NCBI RefSeq assembly: GCF_009914755.1
Contig: NC_060929.1
Reading direction: 5' to 3' (one strand)
Length of the DNA: 64,000 nucleotides
Source of the DNA: the human T2T-CHM13v2.0 reference genome, Homo sapiens
The first letter of the stretch is position 1. Each line of letters opens with the position of its first letter. This document shows positions 55,987 through 64,000 of this stretch, one piece after another. A model generated the notes under the pieces. It did no database searches, was not told where the DNA came from, and saw only the letters and a program-made list of their open reading frames with translations. A program made the translations under genes and the position numbers.

Positions 55987-58900
55987 ACTGTGGCTTCTTA
56001 AACAGGAAGTGTAATGTCTCCAGCTTTGTTCTTCTTGCTCAAGATTGTTCTGGCTATTTGGAGTTGCATGTCATTCTATATGGATTTTAGGATTGCCTCT
56101 TCTATTTCTGTAAGAAATGCCATCAGGATTTTGGTAGGGACTACATTGAATTTTTAGATCACTTTGGATATTATGAACATTTTAACAATATTAATTCTTC
56201 TAATCCATGAACATGGGATGACATTGTATTTATCAGTATTTTCTTTAATTCCCTTTATCAGTGTTTTATAATTTTCACAGTACAAGTCTTCACCTATTTA
56301 GTTAAATTTATTCCTAAGTGTTTTATTCTTTCTGTTGTTATTGTGAATGAGATTGTTTTATTAACTTCCTTTTTGGAGTTTGTTATTTGCGCATAGAATC
56401 ACATTGACTCTTGCATGTTAATTTTATATCCTGCAACTTACTGAATTTGCTTATTAGTTCCACATGTTTTGTTGTTGTCATTGTTGTTGAGTCTTTAACA
56501 TTTTCTACAGATGCATTCATGGCACTCTCAAACGGACAATTTCACTTCTTCTCTTATTTGGATACCTTTTATTTCATTGTCTTGTGTAATGGCTCTAGCT
56601 AGGACTTCCACTACTATGTTGAATAAAAGTGACAAGAATGGGCATCTTCGACTTGTACCATATCTTAAAAGGAACGCTTTCAGTTTTTCCCCATTGATTA
56701 TGAGGTTAGCTTTTCATAATGGCCTTTATTGTTCTGAGGTTTCTTCCATACCTATTTAGTTGAGAGTTTTAATCATGAAAGAATGTTGAATTTTGTCAAA
56801 TCCTTTTCATACATCTATTAAGAAGATCCTATACTTGCTATCATTCTGTTAATGTGGTATATCACATTTACTGATTTGCATATGTTGAACCATTCTTGCA
56901 TCATAATGATAAATCCTTATGATGTATGATTTTTTGAATGTGCTGTTGAATTCATTTTGCTAGTATCTTACTGCTGATATTTGCTAGTATTTTGCATCTA
57001 TGTTCATCAGAGATATTGGCCTATAGTTTTTTTTTTTCTTTGTGGTATGTTTTTCTGGTTTTGGACTAATAAAATGAATATGGAAGTGTTTCCTCTTTCT
57101 TTTTTGGGAGGGAAAGTTTAAGAATTATTGGTATCAATTTTTTGAATGATTGTGAGAATTCATCTGTGATGCCATTTAGTCTTGGGCTTATCTTTATTGA
57201 GAAGTTTTTGATTACTGACTCAATCTCCTTACTTTTTATTGGCCTATTCCGGCTTCCTAATTTTTTATTATTCAATTTTGGTAGGATGTATGTTTCTAGG
57301 AATTTATCAGTTTCTTCTACGTTATACAATTTGTTGGCATATAATTGTTTATAATAGTGTTTTACGATCCTTTTTTTCTTAGACATCCTTTGCAACGTCC
57401 CCTCCTTCATTTCTGATTTTGAGTCTTCAATCTTTTATTCTTCATTATTCTAGCTAAGCATTTTGCATTTTTCAATTTGATCATTTCAAAAAACCACTTC
57501 AGCTTTGTTGATTATTTCTATTGTTTTTCTATTCTATATTTGATTTATTTCTGCTGTAATTTTTATTATTTTATTCCTTCTGGTAACTTTGTGCTTAGTT
57601 GTTCTTTTTCTACTTTCTAAGGTATAAAGTTAGATGTTTTATTTGCAGCCTTTTTTTTAAATGTAGGCATTTATTGCTATAAAATTCTTCATTAGCAGTT
57701 TTGTGCATCCCATAAGTTTTGCTATGTCCTGTTTTCATTTGTCTTAAGACACTTTTTAAATGCCCTTTTGATTTCATTTTTGACCCAATGGTTGTTCAGG
57801 AATGTTTTGTTTTGCTTACACATATTTATGAATTCTGTTTTCTTTTTATCGATTTTTAGTTTCATTCCATCGAGGTCAAAACTTCACAAATTAGTTAAGA
57901 CCTAACATGTGATCCATCCTAGAGAATGTTCTATGTGTGCTTGAGAAGAATATCTTATGCTGTTTGTGGAAAGTTCCGTATGTCTTTATTAGGTCCATTT
58001 GATAGTGTTGTTGAAGTCAGCTATTTCTTTTTTCATTTTCTGTCTGGATGTTCTTCTATCCATTATTATAAATGGCATATTAATGTCCCCTACTATTATT
58101 GTATCACTGTCAATTTCTCCTTTCAGATATATCAGTATTTGCTTTATATATTTTGATCTTCTGGCGCTAGGTGTGCATATATTCATAATTGTTAAATCTT
58201 TCTGTTAAATTGTCCATTTTATTATTATATAGTGACCTTCCTTGTCTCAACAGATGCTGTTTGACTTAAAGCCTAGTTTGTCTAATGTAAGTATAGCCAT
58301 GTCTGCTTTCTTTTGGTTACCATTTGCATGAAATACCTTTTTCCATCCCTTTCCTTTCAGCCTAGGTATAGCTTTAAACATAAAGTGAATCACTTTTATT
58401 CAGTATGTCACTAGATCTTGTTTTTTTTTTTTCCATTCAGCCACTCTATGTCTTTTGGTTAGAGATTTTAATCCATTTACATTTAAAGCAATAATTAACA
58501 GGTAGAGATTTACTACTGCCATTTTGTTAATTGTTAATTGTTTTCTGTCTGGTTTGCCATTGTTTTGGCCTTCTTTTCCTCTTTTGCTATCTTTCTTTTT
58601 AATTTGATAACTTTTGGAGTGCTTTGCTTTGATTCCTTTTTCTTTTTCCTTTGTGTATCTATTACAGATTTTGTTTTTTTATGGCTAGCTCAAGGCTTGC
58701 ATAAAGTATCTTGTAGTTATAACCACTTATTTTAAGTTCATAACAACTTAACTTCATTTACGTACAAAAGCTGTATACTTTTGCAGCCCCACCCCAACAC
58801 ATACTTTGTGTTCTTGTAGTCAGAGTTTGCTACTTTTTACATTGTATTCTATTAATAAATTTTTATTTTCTAACTTCTACATTAGAGTTAAAAGTAGTTT

Positions 58901-61224
58901 ATATACCTCCATTATGGTGTCATATTATTCTGTATTTGTTTACATATTTACCATTACCAGTGAGATTTATGCTACCATATACTTTCACATTGCTGTTTAG
59001 CATGTTTTCATTGCAATTTGAATAATTCTCTTAACTATTTCTTGCAAGGCAGGTCTAGTGGTGATGAACTCCCTCAGTTTTTGTTTGTCTGATGAAGGCT
59101 TTATTTCACCTTCATTTTGAAAGGGCAATTTTGCTTGGTATAGTATTCTTTGTTGGCAGTTTTTTCTCTTTCAGTACTTTGAATATATCATGCCACTGTC
59201 TCCTGGCCTGCAAGGTTTCTGCTGAGCAATCCACTGATAGTGTTAGAAGGCTTCCCTTGTATGTGATGAGCTGTTTTTTTCCTGATGCTTTCAAAATTCT
59301 CTTCTCTCTTTGACTTTCAGAGTTTGATTACAATATGTCTTGGTGTAGTCTTCTCTGAATTGATCTGTTTCAGAGTTCTTTCAGCTTCATGAATCTAGAT
59401 GTCAATTTTCCACATAAGATTTTAAAAGTTTTCAGCCACTTTTTCTTTAAATAAGCTTTCTGCCCCTTTCTCTCTCTGTTTCTCCTCTGGGACTTCCATC
59501 ATGCACCATCACTTAACAGTGTCCTATAAATCCTATTGGTTTTCTTCACTCTTGTTTTTCCTCCACTGACTAGATACTTTCAAATGACCTGTCTTTGAGG
59601 TCACAGGTTCTTTATTCTGCATAATCAAATCTGTCATAGAAGTTCTCTATTGCATTTTCATTTTATCTACTGTATTTTTAACTCTAGAATTTTGTTTGCC
59701 TCCTTTACATAATTTCTATCTCTTCTAGTTTTGTTCACATATTGTTTTACTGATTTTATTGAGTTGTCTATTTGCGTCCTATGGAACTAGCATTTTATGA
59801 ACACAAAAAATTTAATGTAGGCAGTTGCCTTTGGAATCCCAAAGGGTAGTTCTTGCAACATTGTTATACTGGTAAATATTTGACAACTATCTGTTTAAAA
59901 AGTCCTAACTGTAGTGTTTCCTATTTACAAAGTATAAATTCTCCTACCATAGTCAATTTTATGATACTAACATTCCCCTTGTTCCCTAACTCGTTGGTTT
60001 TATGTGCAAACTGAATCAAGTAATATTTTCCCTCTCCTTAGAAAGATATCATATTGCTATCTATTTCTAAAAATGTTACCTTCACAGGACACCTTGGATT
60101 CTGTTCAATTAAAAATATAGTTCTTTGGAAATTAGTTACTATTCACAAAGTTATAAAATTCTGGCCCTTTAACCTTATTAAACTTCCTACATTAACAAAT
60201 CCCAGCAGAGTGAAGAAGACTCATTCTTTCCTTACTGCAGGACTTCAGTTTTCTGGAGTTAGGGAACTAGAGGACTTGCCCATTGAGTGGTCCCTTACAG
60301 AGGCAGATTCCAAGCAGATCAAGTAGCTCCCATTTTCCAAAACATCTCACCAATCCCCACCAGGAAATACGCTTTCTGGATATTTTGCTTCCAACTGCAT
60401 ATCCTTGAAAGGGAAACAAAGTATCCTGTTATTATTAACTAGTACCTCACCTCTAGAGAATTTCATGACTCATCAATTTCACTGAGAACTTTAGACAACA
60501 GCGTCCTCTGGGAAGAGGAAATAGAAGAGTGAATCATTTGGGAGCAGTGGAAGGTGGGCTCAGGAATATGCCTGCAGCAAGGGACATGGATGAACACAGG
60601 TGTATGACGTAGAAGCAGTATGAAGCTCCTCTGAGGAAGAAGAATTATAGAAAAAAAGGAGGATACAGAAAATCAGTGTCACCAATCTAAATGAGACCAT
60701 CAGCAGGTGATCAGCAGGGGCTTGGAAAGATATTAAACTTCCTCCAAGGTCACACAAGTGACAGATTTTGGGGACACAAGCTCAAATCTAGGGCTTTCCT
60801 CTCTCTGTCTCTCCTCCCTCTCTACTAGGCTTGTCGAAACAATATTTTCCCCTGAGATTGTAAGCTTATGAATCATGCGAAAGGATTAAATCTTACTCAT
60901 CTTATGTTTCCTGACAGCACATGGCATACAGGAGGTGTTAAGAGTTGTTTGTGGTGTAGAATTTACTTTTTCTTAATCTTGAGCATCCTACTCCTACTTG
61001 CAGCTGTGCATAACCTGTCCTGCCAGTTTTCATAAACACACACACACACATATACACACTCCTCATTAGTTCCAGCAGAATGCCCAGTTCTTGATTCATG
61101 GTACACAATGAACCATCCCAATTTGTATTTCTATTTTTTACTGACCCTTTCTGCATTTTTGATTGCTGGTATAGACTATTTTGATGTGAAAATCCTACAA
61201 TTGCATCAATAGGCCAAAATTAGC

Positions 61225-61620
61225 CTATGTACATACACTGAGGAACTTTAAAAATGCTACGATGCTATTGCTCAAGCCCAGAGATTTATTTTTAATTGGT
61301 TTGAGATGAGATTCAGGCATCAAGATACTTATATTGTCCCCAGGTGACATTAATGTGTAGCTAGGATTGAGAATTACTGATGTAAAATTTACTGCTTTTC
61401 CATAGGGAAAACTCCACCCCAGACTAATGAAATCAGAATCTCTAGGGATGAGGCCCAGGCAGCAGTATTTTTTAAGCTCCCCCTGGTGACTACAATGTAG
61501 AGCCTGGACTGAGAATCTCTGTATCACAACAGTGGTTCCAGGCCAGTTGCACATCCAAGAAACACCCAAGGAGATTTGTAAAAGTACAAATTCAGGTAGC
61601 ACCCTGGACTTAAATCAGGT
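61225..61620. mobile_element. Cluster of about three MER5-family fragments
   Basis: Repeated motifs ccccaggtgac/cccctggtgac, aatcagaatctctaggg, tgagaattactg/tgagaatctctg. Confidence 0.7.
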
Positions 61621-63054
61621 TCTTTTAGTTTGCAAAACTCCCACTTCCATCTGCTACTGGCCTTAGAGGATAGCATTAATGGGAGCAGTCTACTAGGTTT
61701 GCTTTCTTGAAATCTTCACACCCCATTAAAGGTAGAGCATTCTGTCACATGGAGCTCCTGCTGCTGTGAAGAGAGAAAAAAAGATCCCCAGCAAGATTCT
61801 GAGGAGACTTCGGAGTGTGGAAAAGCAGATGGTGTCCTGCACATGGGCTGATGTGCTCCCAGGTGGGCCTATGCGTAGTGCTCGTGTCTGGGAGTGACAT
61901 CATTGCCTAAGATGGGATAAAGTTCGCATCTGCACATTGCAGACCCTCAAAAAGTACTTGTTGGATTAATTAATCTTAAAAAAATTTTCCTGTGGACCTG
62001 AATCTCTGGCTTCTCTTGTGTGTATGTGAGCAACACAACTCCTTATGGAATTTATTAAAAAGAGTTTACTGGTCATAAACGGGCTAGACCGGCAGCTTCC
62101 AGTTACAATGAATCTCAGTTTTGACATTGAGTACTCTGCTGTTAGTGACAAATTAAGAGAATGTCAGCCTGAGTGTTCACTCTATCCGGTACCTGTCAAC
62201 TCATTCACTTAACAGGTAGAAGGGAAAAGCATTAGGATTACGATGTGCATCAGCTTGGAAGAAGTATCACTGTTGCTTCTTAGTAGCATAACCTGCCCCC
62301 AAGCCAGTTAGCAAGAACTTTGATTTGTCTAATGCAGAACCAGTCCCATGTAATCTCAACAAAATCTCAAAGACATTTTTAAGCACTGCTTTGGGTGCTC
62401 AAAGAACATTCCTTATCTCTTTTGGAAATGGCACATTTTATTGGAAGTAGTTAGTTACCCCTTATTTCAGGTCTATTCAAAACTTTCACCTTCACCACCT
62501 AACTTAATGTTGACTCCTTGGCCTAAAAATACGGGGAAGTTCTGTTAAATGAGCTAACTGCTAGAAATACTATGGCTGCAAATGGAAAGAAATGAGGTGT
62601 GTACCATAGACCACATAAAACAATGAAAACAATTTAAAGACAAAACTTACTGAGTAAGAGAAACAGTCTTGCAATATCGAAAGCATATGAGTGACCTGCT
62701 GCTTTGGGCAATGCTCTGTAAACTTTGGCATCCACCCAGCACCTCCTGGGAGCCCCTCTGGATGAGAGCAGGCCTAGATAGCCAGCACCTTCCATCTTCA
62801 AAATCAGGTTTTCTGACCTCTCATAGAGGGCAAGGCAGCCATTACAAACCAGAACTCCCCAGCTCTGTCAATTTCCTGCTGATTCAGAAGGGGGCAAAAC
62901 CTAGGGGTAATTTACAATTGATTAAGTGGCTGATGAACTGTTATTCCCTTTGTTTAAACTTGCCTTTACCCTTTCTAAAAAGCACTTTGTTGAACAAGAG
63001 CTCCATCTATGGGACAAATCAATTATGTGGACTTCTACCCTTAACACATCAAAG

Positions 63055-63262
63055 ATTGTGGTTCTCAACTGAGGGTGGTTTTGCCGCGCAGGGGGCATTT
63101 GGCAATGTCTGGGAACACTTTTGGTTGTCATAACTAGATTGGGGATGCAACTACAATCTGGTAGGTAGAGGGCAGTGATGCTGCTCAACATCCTACAATG
63201 CACAGGAGAGGCCCTACAGTAAAGAGTTTTCCAATGGTAAGGACAAGATTGAGAAACTCTGC
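63055..63262 (+). mobile_element. MER20 (hAT-Charlie)
   Basis: gtggttctcaactgaggg...catttggcaatgtctgg...gatgctgctcaacatcctacaatgcacagg...ttgagaaactctg. Confidence 0.9.
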
Positions 63263-64000
63263 TTGTGAACAAGACAATTGGTAAGATTTATGCTTACAGA
63301 TGTACTCTGATTCTGCCACCCAAGGTGAAAAATAATTTTTATTTAAATCATTCCATATTCCCTCACCACCACTTTAAGCTTCTCATCTCCCTAACTTCAT
63401 CTATTGACCATGGATTTGGTGTTAATGATTTCATGTATTTATCTTTATTTTGGCTACTTGGGAAGGAGAATTAAAGAAAAAGGAGAATATTTAAGGCAAA
63501 GAGATGAATTTATACTGGTAGAGTTTTAGGTACCAGTCCCTAAATGGGACCAATACTTTGCCTTCCAATAGGTTGGTCCTACCCTTGTGGCTGGTTATAT
63601 AAATAAAACTGTATCACCTGGTGTTCAAGCCATTGTAGTTGATGTTATTGTTGTAAAGGTCTTTACAATATGTACACAACACTGAGAAAAAACACAACTC
63701 CCTTAGACACTTCACTTAACACATACTGTTCGGCAAGTCTCCATTCAGTGCAATGGGCAGCAGTTTACTAAACAGCATTGTGGAAGACTAAACACTGAAA
63801 GTCAGCTTCTAAGAGGTTTTATTTCTGTCCACTGAGAGGCAGGTATACCCCCTGGAGTTTATAACAGAGCAGATTTTTATTAAAAATATAGCCCTGAGCC
63901 AGGATTTTTTGTCAGCTGAGGTCCCCTAATTGTGAACTATGAGTAAAACTTTGAAGACTCAAGATCCAAGATTATCACAACCTCAGGTGCTCTCTTGCAG

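Noticed and set aside
62669-63133. 154-aa plus-strand ORF
   Set aside because: Non-ATG start, runs into MER20, no recognisable homology

Overview
Primate genomic DNA, almost certainly human, matching the 3' end of FBXL7 (chr5p15.1, recognised from memory of the protein and miRNA sequences). The + strand carries the end of the last intron with the intronic miRNA MIR887 (2548-2626), the terminal coding exon encoding leucine-rich repeats (3816-4552), and a ~2.6 kb 3' UTR ending after an AATAAA at 7139. The remaining ~57 kb is intergenic and repeat-rich: Alus, L1 and L2/MIR relics, MaLR/ERVL/ERV1 solo LTRs, a near full-length Tigger1, MADE1, MER3, MER5, MER20 and microsatellites. No other protein-coding gene is supported; the other ORFs are repeat-derived or chance. 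I found no evidence of a new multi-gene system. The most unusual structure is a 3 x 142 bp tandem repeat that begins inside the MIR887 hairpin and creates two extra seed-intact copies of the miR-887-3p arm. Repeat subfamily names and boundaries were assigned by eye and should be confirmed with RepeatMasker/Dfam.
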